From positions 1,174-65,173 of the forward strand of contig CAYNYK010000009.1 in assembly GCA_964401335.1 (NCBI GenBank): a stretch of DNA of 64,000 nucleotides, in the 5' to 3' direction. Position 1 is the stretch's first letter. The number at the start of each line of letters is the position of its first letter. Positions 49,840 through 58,890 of this stretch are shown one piece after another. A program made the translations under genes and the position numbers. The DNA is from an uncultured Planctomycetales bacterium. GTDB taxonomy: Bacteria > Planctomycetota > Phycisphaerae > UBA1845 > PWPN01. Below the pieces are notes generated by a model. That model searched no databases, was not told the DNA's origin, and saw only the letters and a list, made by a program, of their open reading frames with translations.

Positions 49840-50037
49840 CGTTTAGGGATACGCCAATATTGGGAACCTTGGCCTCATGCTTGCCCGAAATGCGGAAAGG
49901 AAAAGCTATATCTTGTAGTCCGACGATACATGTATTGCCGAAAACCCGTCCCCGCAAAAGATCCTCAGGCCGAGCAATATGGCAAACCCGAGCGGTGCCC
50001 TTGGTGTAAGAAGCCATATCAGGGACGTCAGCAGTAG
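49840..50037 (+). pseudogene. Start-less zinc-ribbon ORF (CPKC...CPWC)
   Basis: Manual translation RLGIRQYWEPWPHACPKCGKEKLYLVVRRYMYCRKPVPAKDPQAEQYGKPERCPWCKKPYQGRQQ*, bounded upstream by TGA 49837-39. Confidence 0.4.
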
Positions 50038-50142
50038 TCACGAAATCCCACGCATAAGTGATAAGCTATTATTACATTGGTAATAATTCCTTTTTTGTCC
50101 TTGGGCTCAATCCGCACAAAAACCAGGGAGAACCTTACGCAA

Positions 50143-50176
50143 GCCTGTTTACCCTGCCTGTTTGAACCTTTATAAT
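50143..50176 (+). promoter_or_regulatory. Putative promoter with direct-repeat operator upstream of paralogue 1
   Basis: TTTACC (50148-53)-N17-TATAAT (50171-76); GCCTGTTT repeated at 50143 and 50156. Confidence 0.4.
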
Positions 50177-50270
50177 GCCGATGCTTCAGCAGACCCGCTG
50201 TTGGATGAATTGGTGACGGCATAACCCATGAAGAACTCGGTTCCGGTGAGTCCCTTATTACGGGAGTATA

Positions 50271-52931
50271 ATGATGTATCGCCCCATACGATTCGTGCTA
50301 ATGGTCATTGGTTTTGTGCATTGTGCCTATGTTGCTTTTGCGGTTGAACCTCCGGAATGGGCCGTGGTTGAATGTAAAGGCCTCAAGGCTTTATCCGAGG
50401 TGGTTGACTACTGGATTGATCGGCAAGCGCCGGACGGGAGTTTTGGGTTTGGGCTGGACGACGATTGCGAGTTTTATACCGGCTGGCCCATTCTGGTCTA
50501 TGCGGCCGACGATCAGCGCGTACTCGAAGCCCTGCGCAAAAATCTGGACTGGGTTTGGTATAACGATGAGGTACAGGACGGTTATCAGGCCCACGTCGGC
50601 GACGCCGAGCACAGTTCCGAGGTGACCTCGTACACGCAGCCGCTGCTTTCCCACGCTGATTACGGCAACCCGGTCCTGATCGAGCGGCTCATGGAAACAA
50701 GCAAAAATATGGAGTGTTGGACGGCGACAAATAAGGCCGGGCATCGTCATTTCCGCGGGCACTGGCTCGGTTCGCAGGGCATGCGCGATTATTCCTACTT
50801 TGGGGCTGACGCCACCATTGTCGCCCGGGCGACGATTCCCATGATGCATCTGCTTCTGTACAACCGCGATCCCTACCTGGCCAGAATATGCACCGAGTGG
50901 GGCCGGGCCTGGGTCGATCATGCGAAGGAAACCAGGTGGAACAAACCCTACGGCCTGTTGCCCGCCGAGGTCGTATTCCACACCGACGAGGCCGGCGGGT
51001 TCACCCGGCAATGGTGGAGTTCGGCCTCTTCGGGTTACGACATTTACAAATCACCCTGGTACATGAACCGCCTGCATCAGATGTTGCTGGTCAACTACAT
51101 GATTACCGGCGATACCGATTTTCTTGTCCCCATGCAGGAGACACTCAAGTTTTTTGCCCAAGCCACGCCGGAGAATACGCCGGCCGGTGTCATGTGGCCG
51201 GCATGGTATACGGATCGGGTTTCGCCGCCGACCTATGGCCGCACGCCGGAGCAGATGCCTCTGATCTGGCAGGATTACCGAGGACGCATCGCCGGTTATT
51301 TTCCCATGTTCTACCGTTACGCGACGGGCGATACCCAGTTTGATTCTTTATGGGGGACAGTGCCATCGATGCCGACACCCCAAGAGGCCAGGGCTTCGGC
51401 CCGGAGCAACGGCCAGTCCGCCATCGACGGGGCGAAGGCGGCTCTCGAAGCGGCCAAGACCATCAACGTAAAAAACTCCGTCGACAACTACCGAGCCAAC
51501 CTCAACGTGGGCGGTTTCCCCGCTCTTTATCACGGCGGCAACAACTGGGTTGACCTTCCCCGGCCGGCCTGCCGCTGGCTCAAGGGGAATTACGAGCTGG
51601 CCGTCGTTCTGCTTGAACACTCCGGGAAACATTTCAAAGCCCTCTGCTGTAATGTCGGGGCGAACCAACGTGAATTCGGCGTTCAACTTTTCGAGCTTAA
51701 ACCGGGCACTTACCGTATAACGCTCGGCATCGACACCTCCGCCAACAACCGGCCGGATAAAATCGTTCGCGAGGAGACGATCAAGGTCGAGCGGGGTACG
51801 ATCCTGCCGCTCGATCTGGAGCGCGGGCACGAATATATCATTGAACTGGAACAGTTGGCGACCGGTCCGGAATGGGCTTCGCGAGCCGATGTGGCCGTCT
51901 GCGACCGTGATCTCTACGCGGTTCCCGCCGCCCCAGCTCCCGGTACCGCCGCCGTCCTGAAAGTACGGGTGCATAACATCGGTACCGAAGATGCCCGGAA
52001 TGTAGGCGTCCGGGCCGAGGAGATGCCCTCCGGCCGGTTCATCGGCGAGCGGACCATTGACCTGCTGGCGGCGCCGATCAATCTTGTGCCCAGTCAAGTC
52101 ATGGTCGAAATGCCTTGGACTATCGGGGCCGACGCCGAAGGCGTGCGCGTAGTGGTGGATCAAGGCGGTTTTGTTGAGGAGATTTACGAAGGAAATAATT
52201 CTGCGGAAATCCGCTTGGCGGACATGCCCGACGGCCCGCCGCGTAAGCGAAAAATCTTTATCCCCGGTTGGTACGAGATGCAGAAATTGGGCCCTGTGAC
52301 GACCTATACGGCAGCCTACGTGAAAAACATCAAAATGGACGGGAAGTTGGATGATTCCGAATGGGGCAAGGTCGAGAAGCACAGTGCGCGAATCGACATG
52401 GATGGCCGCAAGACGGAGAAGGAAACCATCCTGCGAATCGCTTACGGCGACGAGGCCATCTATATCGCCGTTGAATGTCCCGAACCGGACATGGATTTGT
52501 TGCATGAAAGCGCTACGCAGCGCGATGCTTACGAGGTGTTCGGTGACGACGGCGTCGAAATCTTCATCGACACCAATCTGGATCGGACTACGTATCTACA
52601 GTTCGCTTTTACTGTTGGCAATATCCAGGCCGAGGGGCAATACTACAATTTCAGTATCTTCAACGAACCGTGGGAATCGGTCGTGCATAAGGGCAAGGAT
52701 TTCTGGTCCGCCGAGGTACGCATTCCCTACAGTACGCTCGGGGCCGTGGCTCGGCCGGGGCAAACCTGGGGGATCAATATCTATCGTAATGTGAAAACCT
52801 TCCCCGTGCCTGAAACCGAGGCGGAGCGGCAAAAGGGTTGGAAGACCAGCGAGCAACACCTGTTTTCGCCGACTCATGATTACCACGAACCCAGCCGCTT
52901 CGCCGAGGTGACTTTCGGCCCCAAACCGTGA
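50271..52931 (+). CDS. Secreted uncharacterised protein, paralogue 1 (alpha/alpha toroid-like + CARDB-like + CBM9-like)
   Basis: Signal peptide; YWIDRQAPDGSFG; VRVHNIGTEDA (CARDB-like); MDGKLDDSEW...DDGVEIFID...WSAEVRIPY...TWGINIYR (CBM9-like). Confidence 0.8.
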   Translation: MMYRPIRFVLMVIGFVHCAYVAFAVEPPEWAVVECKGLKALSEVVDYWIDRQAPDGSFGFGLDDDCEFYTGWPILVYAADDQRVLEALRKNLDWVWYNDEVQDGYQAHVGDAEHSSEVTSYTQPLLSHADYGNPVLIERLMETSKNMECWTATNKAGHRHFRGHWLGSQGMRDYSYFGADATIVARATIPMMHLLLYNRDPYLARICTEWGRAWVDHAKETRWNKPYGLLPAEVVFHTDEAGGFTRQWWSSASSGYDIYKSPWYMNRLHQMLLVNYMITGDTDFLVPMQETLKFFAQATPENTPAGVMWPAWYTDRVSPPTYGRTPEQMPLIWQDYRGRIAGYFPMFYRYATGDTQFDSLWGTVPSMPTPQEARASARSNGQSAIDGAKAALEAAKTINVKNSVDNYRANLNVGGFPALYHGGNNWVDLPRPACRWLKGNYELAVVLLEHSGKHFKALCCNVGANQREFGVQLFELKPGTYRITLGIDTSANNRPDKIVREETIKVERGTILPLDLERGHEYIIELEQLATGPEWASRADVAVCDRDLYAVPAAPAPGTAAVLKVRVHNIGTEDARNVGVRAEEMPSGRFIGERTIDLLAAPINLVPSQVMVEMPWTIGADAEGVRVVVDQGGFVEEIYEGNNSAEIRLADMPDGPPRKRKIFIPGWYEMQKLGPVTTYTAAYVKNIKMDGKLDDSEWGKVEKHSARIDMDGRKTEKETILRIAYGDEAIYIAVECPEPDMDLLHESATQRDAYEVFGDDGVEIFIDTNLDRTTYLQFAFTVGNIQAEGQYYNFSIFNEPWESVVHKGKDFWSAEVRIPYSTLGAVARPGQTWGINIYRNVKTFPVPETEAERQKGWKTSEQHLFSPTHDYHEPSRFAEVTFGPKP

Positions 52932-53372
52932 GCGCGTGAGCGCTGCCAAGGGTGGCTCACGTCTTCATACGTGGGGGAGCGATGATCGATAGCGGATGAC
53001 TCATGCATCGATTCGTCATTTTCCCGCCTCGACCATGTGCATCTGGAGACAGGCGGCCCGCTCGATCGAAGACTGGTCACGAACAAGCACCCACAAACGG
53101 AGGCCCGGCTTGGCACCGGGTCTCCGTTTGAAGGTGCCACCCAATCGTATCGGAGAGCTACCCGATTACATCAGAAGACTGGTGGCTACGTTGCATCCCC
53201 AATGACTAACTTTCTTTTTTAGAAAGACCAGCTATTGACGGGCACCGGCCGATTCGAGCATGATATCAACCCGCGGAGCGGGTGGTCCTCGATGAATCCC
53301 CCGTCGGATCGCGAGTTGCTGCTTGGCATAGTCCTGTTGCGAGAATCTCTCCCGAGCATAAGGAGTACCGTC

Positions 53373-56015
53373 GTGCATGTCACACAGAGAATCGCGTCGC
53401 TGAGTTTGCTTATAATGCCGATCATCGCGTACGCCGCCGACCCGCCGGAGTGGGCGGTGATGGAATGTCGCGGCCTGCAGGCCCTGTGCGAGGCGGTGCA
53501 TTATTGGGTCGACCGGCAGGACGCCGACGGCAGCTTTGGTTTCGGCGGAATGGACCGAGACTGTGAACTCTACAAGAATTGGGCGATTTTTCTATACGCG
53601 GCCGACGATCAGCGCATACGCGAAGCCTTGCACAAGGCCGTCGACTGTGTCTGGTACGACGAGCGGGTGCAGGATGGTTTTCCCGCTGCGCCGGCGGATG
53701 CGATGCATGCCGGCCAGGTGATCTCTTATACGCAACCGATCCTGGCCATCGCCGATTACGGCCATCCGATTCTTATTGAGCGTTGGATGATTACCTCGCA
53801 AAACCTGCCGCGCTGGACGGCCATCAACCGCGCCGGGCATCGGCATTTTCGCGGCCATTGGCTGGGCTCTCAGGAAATACGCGAATATTCCTACTTCGGC
53901 GCTGATGCCACCATTAATGCTCGGACGGTTCTGCCCGCGCTGCATCTGCTTTGGTACAACCGCGATCCCGATCTCGCGCGTTACTGTATCGAATGGGGTC
54001 AGGCCTGGTTGGATCATGCCCGGGAGACCCATGGCGGCAAACCTTATGGATTGCTGCCCAGCGAGGTGGTTTTTGAAACGGACGAAGCGGGTGGCTTCAC
54101 GAAAACCTGGTACGATTCAGCCGCTTCCGGATCCTCGATGCATAAGAACCCAACCTGGATGAGCCGGCTCATGCAATTGTTGATGATGAATCACCAGCTC
54201 ACCGGCAATCCCGACTTCTTGATACCGCTCCGGGAAACGCTCAAATTCTACGCCACCGCCCGGCCGGACAACCTCCCCGATAATGTGCAAATGTGGCCGG
54301 AGTGGTACACGGACCGCGTGCCCCCGCGCGACGGCAAAAAACCGGAGGAAATGCCTTTTGTATGGGCGGACTACAAAGCGCGCATAGGCGGCAAGTTTCT
54401 GCCGATCTATTGGGGCTTCACGAACGATCATTCCTTCGATGCCTGGTACGGGATGTCCCCGCCGAAACCCACCCGTCAAACAGCGATGGAGGCCGGCCAA
54501 TGGGGACTGCAAGAGGCCGCCCGAGCGATGGAGACCGCCAAGACCATTAACGTAAAAGGCAGCCTCGAATTTTACCGGGCCAGAGTCCACGAGGGAGTGT
54601 ACCCCCTGCTCTATCACGGCGGCGACAATGAAGTGGACTGGCCTCGACCGGCGTGCCGATGGCTTAAGGGGTATGGCGAATTGGGCGTCGTGCTGCTGGA
54701 GCATTCTCAGAAAAATTTCAAAGCGCTTTGCTGCAACGTGGGTAAGGAAAAACGCGCGTTCGGCGTGCAGTTGTTCGAGTTGGAACCGGGCATGTATCGG
54801 ATGACGCTGGGCATCGATAAAAACGGTGACGATCAGGCGGATACTCTTTTACGCGATGAAAATGTCATGATCGAGCGGGGCACGCGGGTGTTCTTTGATC
54901 TGGAACGAGGCCATGAGTACTTCGTGGAATTTCAACAGATGGCCAAAGGCCCGGCCTGGTGGTCGCGAGCGGATGTGGCCGTGTGCGAGCGCGACCTGTT
55001 TGTCGTCCCGGCCGGCCCAGCCGCGGGAACCCAGGCGACGCTGCGGGTACGCGTGCATAACCTCGGCACGGAAGACGCTCGACAAGTGACGGTTTGGGCG
55101 GAGGAATTGCCGGCCGGCACGTTTATCGGCATGAAAACGATCGAGATGTTGGCCCGCCCGCGGAACATGACGCCCAGCAACGTCATCGTCGAGCTTCCCT
55201 GGTCGATCAGCGCGGAGGCAAAGGGTGTTCGCGTCATCGTGGACAAGATGAACGTGATCGAGGAGCTTTACGAGGGCAACAATACCGCCGAAATCATGCT
55301 GGCGGACATGCCCGAGGGGCCGCGCATCAAGCGGAAGCTCTATGTGCCGGCCTGGTATGAACGGCAGAAAATGGGACCGGTGGCCCAATACACCGCGCCC
55401 TATGTCCAGGGGATCGTCATTGACGGAAAAGTAAACGAGCCGGCGTGGCAGAAAGCCGAGCGGCGCGGTCCGCTGGGCGATCTGGAAGGCAAGCCTAATG
55501 ATAAACAGACTTTCGTGCGTATGGCGTATGACGACGCCGCTCTTTACGTAGCCTTCGAGTGTCCCGAGCCGTACATGAATCTGATCCAATCGCTGACCAC
55601 CGTGCATGACGGCCACATGTTCAACGACGAATGCGCGGAAATATTCGTGGACACCAACCTGGACAAACAAACGTATCTGCAATTCGCTTTCAACACGCTC
55701 AATGTTCAGGCCGAGGGGCAATATTTCAATTTCAGCATTTTCAACGAGCCGTGGGAATCGGCGGTGCATCTGGATAAGGATTTCTGGTCGGCCGAGGCCA
55801 GAATACCGTTTACCACCTTACAGGCCGTGGCCCGACCCGGACAGACATGGGGGATCAACCTGTATCGGAACGTGCGGACCTTCCCGGCGCCGGAATCCGA
55901 GGAGGAGCGACGCAAGGGCTGGAAGGGCACCGAGCGTCATGTCTTGTCCCCGACTTACGACGATTTTCATCAGCCGGATCGCTTCGCGGAGGTGACCTTT
56001 GCTCGTAAGCCGTAA
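53373..56015 (+). CDS. Paralogue 2 of the same family
   Basis: AAGGAG then GTG 53373; signal peptide then DPPEWAVMEC; colinear with paralogues 1 and 3. Confidence 0.8.
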   Translation: MHVTQRIASLSLLIMPIIAYAADPPEWAVMECRGLQALCEAVHYWVDRQDADGSFGFGGMDRDCELYKNWAIFLYAADDQRIREALHKAVDCVWYDERVQDGFPAAPADAMHAGQVISYTQPILAIADYGHPILIERWMITSQNLPRWTAINRAGHRHFRGHWLGSQEIREYSYFGADATINARTVLPALHLLWYNRDPDLARYCIEWGQAWLDHARETHGGKPYGLLPSEVVFETDEAGGFTKTWYDSAASGSSMHKNPTWMSRLMQLLMMNHQLTGNPDFLIPLRETLKFYATARPDNLPDNVQMWPEWYTDRVPPRDGKKPEEMPFVWADYKARIGGKFLPIYWGFTNDHSFDAWYGMSPPKPTRQTAMEAGQWGLQEAARAMETAKTINVKGSLEFYRARVHEGVYPLLYHGGDNEVDWPRPACRWLKGYGELGVVLLEHSQKNFKALCCNVGKEKRAFGVQLFELEPGMYRMTLGIDKNGDDQADTLLRDENVMIERGTRVFFDLERGHEYFVEFQQMAKGPAWWSRADVAVCERDLFVVPAGPAAGTQATLRVRVHNLGTEDARQVTVWAEELPAGTFIGMKTIEMLARPRNMTPSNVIVELPWSISAEAKGVRVIVDKMNVIEELYEGNNTAEIMLADMPEGPRIKRKLYVPAWYERQKMGPVAQYTAPYVQGIVIDGKVNEPAWQKAERRGPLGDLEGKPNDKQTFVRMAYDDAALYVAFECPEPYMNLIQSLTTVHDGHMFNDECAEIFVDTNLDKQTYLQFAFNTLNVQAEGQYFNFSIFNEPWESAVHLDKDFWSAEARIPFTTLQAVARPGQTWGINLYRNVRTFPAPESEEERRKGWKGTERHVLSPTYDDFHQPDRFAEVTFARKP

Positions 56016-56181
56016 TGGATTTATTATTTTTAGACCGCAGGGCATTTGACGTCCGACTCCCTTTCGGGTCACGATGTTCATTTGCGGTGTAAGCCATCCT
56101 GTGTACAGCCGTTGAAACGCCGTACGTCGGATCGGTTCCATGAGTATCTATTTTGTCGGCTAGACGCAGAGGAGCAAGACA

Positions 56182-58824
56182 ATGCACAAGGCATGGATGA
56201 TTTGGCTGCTCGGGTGGGTGATGACTTCGTCGGTGGTATCGGCCGTGGAACCGCCGGAGTGGGCGGTGCTCGAATGCCGGGGCCTCCAGGATCTGGCCCA
56301 AGTCGCTCATTATTGGGTGGATCGACAAAGTCCGGAAGGGAGCTTCGGCTTCGGAGGACTGGACCGCGATTGTGAATTTTTCAACTCATGGATTGTTTTC
56401 ATTTATACCGCTGATGATCAGCGCATTCTCGAAGCCCTGCGCAAGGGTTTGGATTATGTCTGGTACCACGATCATGTTCAGGATGGATACGGGGCTTCGC
56501 CGACCGACGCTCAGCATGGCGGCGAGGTGATGTCCTATACCCAACCGTTGTTGGCCGTGGCCGACTACGGCAATCCCATCCTTATCGAGCGCTGGATGAT
56601 CACCGCCCAGAACATGAATCGCTGGACGGCCATCAACCGTGCCGGGCATCGCCATTTTCGCGGGCATTGGCTCGGCTCACAGGAAACGCGGGACTATTCC
56701 TACTTTGGTGCCGACGCAACCATTATCGGCCGAGTTACTCTGCCCATGATGCATCTGCTCTGGTACAACCGCGATCCCGATCTGGCCCGCCTTTGTACGG
56801 AGTGGGGTCAAGCCTGGGTGGATCATGCCAAAGAGACCCGATGGGGCAAGCCTTATGGCCTGTTGCCCGGCGAGGTCGTTTTTGAGAGTGATGAGGCCGG
56901 AGGATTCACGAAGAACTGGTATGACTCCGCTTCGTCCGGTTTTCCATTGTACAAAAGCCCCTGGTTCATGACCCGTCTGCTGCAAATGTTGATGATGAAC
57001 TACCAGATCACCGGCAACCCGGATTTTCTACTGCCCATTCGCGAGACGCTTAGATTTTATGCCACCGCCCGGCCGGATAACCTGCCCCAGGGCGTCACCA
57101 TGTGGCCCGCCTGGTACAAGGATCGTATCCCTCCGCGGGATGGCAAGAAGCCGGAAGACATGCCTTATGTCTGGGAACACTACAAAAACCAGTTGGGCGA
57201 TCGTGCTCTTAAAATGTATCGGGGGTTTACCGGCGATTGTTCGTTTGATGCCTGGTATGGTCATAAAACGCAGCCGCCCTCGCGCCAGATGGCCTTGGAG
57301 ACCGGTAAATGGGCGAGCCGTGAAGCCACAAAACTCCTACAGATTGCACGGACCATCAATGTACAAGGTAATCTTGAGCATTATCGGGCGAAAATAAGCG
57401 AAGGAGATTTTCCTGCCCTTTATCACGGGGGGAACAACTGGGTGGACTGGCCACGACCGGCCTGCCGGTGGATCAACGGTCGTTATGAACTCGGCGTGGT
57501 TCTGCTGAATCACTCTCCCACTCGATTCAAGGCCTTGTGCTGCAACATAGGCAAGGATAAACGAAACTTCGGTTTACAGTTGTTTGAATTGGAGCCGGGA
57601 ATCTATCGTCTATCCTTGGGCATCGACACCAACGGCGATGACCGAGCGGATAAACAAGTGCGCGAGGAAGACATCTCGATGGAACGGGGTACCGAATTGG
57701 CCTTGGAATTGGAACAAGGCCATGAATACCTTGTCGAATTGCAGCAGATGGCGAAAGGGCCGGCATGGCAATCACGGGCGGACGTAGCCGTGTGTGGACA
57801 GGATCTGTTTGCGATACCGGCGGCTCCCGTTGCCGGAAGCCAGGCGACGCTGAAAGTTCGAGTGCATAATATAGGCTCGGAGGATGCCCGGCAGGTTACG
57901 GTATGGGCGGAGGAACTGCCGAGTGGTCGATTTATCGGCATGGATACGATTAACATACTGGCCCGGCCGCGGAACATGATCCCGAGCAGCGTGATGGTCG
58001 AGATGCCCTGGTCGATCAGCGCGGAAGCCACGGGGGTACGCGTTATCGCGGACAAGATGAACGTGGTCGAGGAGCTTTACGAGGGGAACAACGTTGCGGA
58101 AATAAAACTGGCGGAACTGCCGGAGGGGCCGCGAATCAAGCGCAAGATCTACTTGCCAGCCTGGTACGAACGCCAGAAAGAGGGTCCGGTGGCCGACTAT
58201 ACGGCACCTTATGTCCAGGGTATCAAGATTGACGGAAAAATCGACGAGCCTGCCTGGCAGAAGGCCGAGCGTCGCGGACCACTGACCGATATGGAGGGTC
58301 AACCTACCGAAAAGCAGACTTACGTGCGAATGGCCTATGGCGAGGATGCCCTCTACGTTGCTTTTGAGTGCCCTGAGCCCAATATGGATCTGATCCATGA
58401 TCTGGCTACCCTGCATGATGATTACGCCATTTTCGGCGATGAAAGCGCGGAAATCTTCATCGACACCAATCTCGACAAACGGACGTATCTGCAGTTCGCG
58501 TTTAACACCGCGAATGTTCAGGCCGAGGGGCAATATTATAACTTCACCATTTATAACGAGCCTTGGGAATCGGCGGTATTCAAGGGCAAGGATTACTGGT
58601 CGGCCGAGGCGAAAATACCATTTGCTTCCTTAAAAGCGGTTGCCAAGGCCGGGCAGATCTGGGGCATCAACCTGTATCGCACCGTTCGGACCTTCAAAAT
58701 TCCGGAATCCGAGGCGGAGCGACGTAAAGGCTGGAAGGGCACCGAACGCCATGTCTTCTCGGTGACCGACGATTTTCATGCGCCGGATCGTTTTGGCGAG
58801 GTGACCTTTGGACCGAAGAACTGA
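56182..58824 (+). CDS. Paralogue 3 of the same family
   Basis: GAGGAG RBS; signal peptide then VEPPEWAVLEC; colinear with paralogues 1 and 2. Confidence 0.8.
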   Translation: MHKAWMIWLLGWVMTSSVVSAVEPPEWAVLECRGLQDLAQVAHYWVDRQSPEGSFGFGGLDRDCEFFNSWIVFIYTADDQRILEALRKGLDYVWYHDHVQDGYGASPTDAQHGGEVMSYTQPLLAVADYGNPILIERWMITAQNMNRWTAINRAGHRHFRGHWLGSQETRDYSYFGADATIIGRVTLPMMHLLWYNRDPDLARLCTEWGQAWVDHAKETRWGKPYGLLPGEVVFESDEAGGFTKNWYDSASSGFPLYKSPWFMTRLLQMLMMNYQITGNPDFLLPIRETLRFYATARPDNLPQGVTMWPAWYKDRIPPRDGKKPEDMPYVWEHYKNQLGDRALKMYRGFTGDCSFDAWYGHKTQPPSRQMALETGKWASREATKLLQIARTINVQGNLEHYRAKISEGDFPALYHGGNNWVDWPRPACRWINGRYELGVVLLNHSPTRFKALCCNIGKDKRNFGLQLFELEPGIYRLSLGIDTNGDDRADKQVREEDISMERGTELALELEQGHEYLVELQQMAKGPAWQSRADVAVCGQDLFAIPAAPVAGSQATLKVRVHNIGSEDARQVTVWAEELPSGRFIGMDTINILARPRNMIPSSVMVEMPWSISAEATGVRVIADKMNVVEELYEGNNVAEIKLAELPEGPRIKRKIYLPAWYERQKEGPVADYTAPYVQGIKIDGKIDEPAWQKAERRGPLTDMEGQPTEKQTYVRMAYGEDALYVAFECPEPNMDLIHDLATLHDDYAIFGDESAEIFIDTNLDKRTYLQFAFNTANVQAEGQYYNFTIYNEPWESAVFKGKDYWSAEAKIPFASLKAVAKAGQIWGINLYRTVRTFKIPESEAERRKGWKGTERHVFSVTDDFHAPDRFGEVTFGPKN

Positions 58825-58832
58825 GCGGCATT

Positions 58833-58871
58833 AAAGAAAAACGAGGCCGGGATTTTTACGTCCCGGCCTCG
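58833..58871. terminator. Intrinsic terminator between paralogue 3 and argG
   Basis: CGAGGCCGGGA/TCCCGGCCTCG stem with an A-run on the left (U-tail for argG). Confidence 0.75.
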
Positions 58872-58890
58872 GTCAAAAGGTTTCAATAGA

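Noticed and set aside
49574-50041. 155-aa minus-strand ORF
   Set aside because: Overlaps the DUF1559-type gene antisense; the + strand CxxC frame is a better explanation.
52932-53372. Short ORFs in the gap between paralogues 1 and 2
   Set aside because: No RBS, motif or codon bias supports any frame; the 53235 extension of paralogue 2 is better explained by the GTG start at 53373.
50271-58824. Diversity-generating retroelement or gene-conversion cassette explanation for the paralogues
   Set aside because: No reverse transcriptase and no adenine-specific TR/VR pair; divergence is spread along the full length, mostly at third codon positions.
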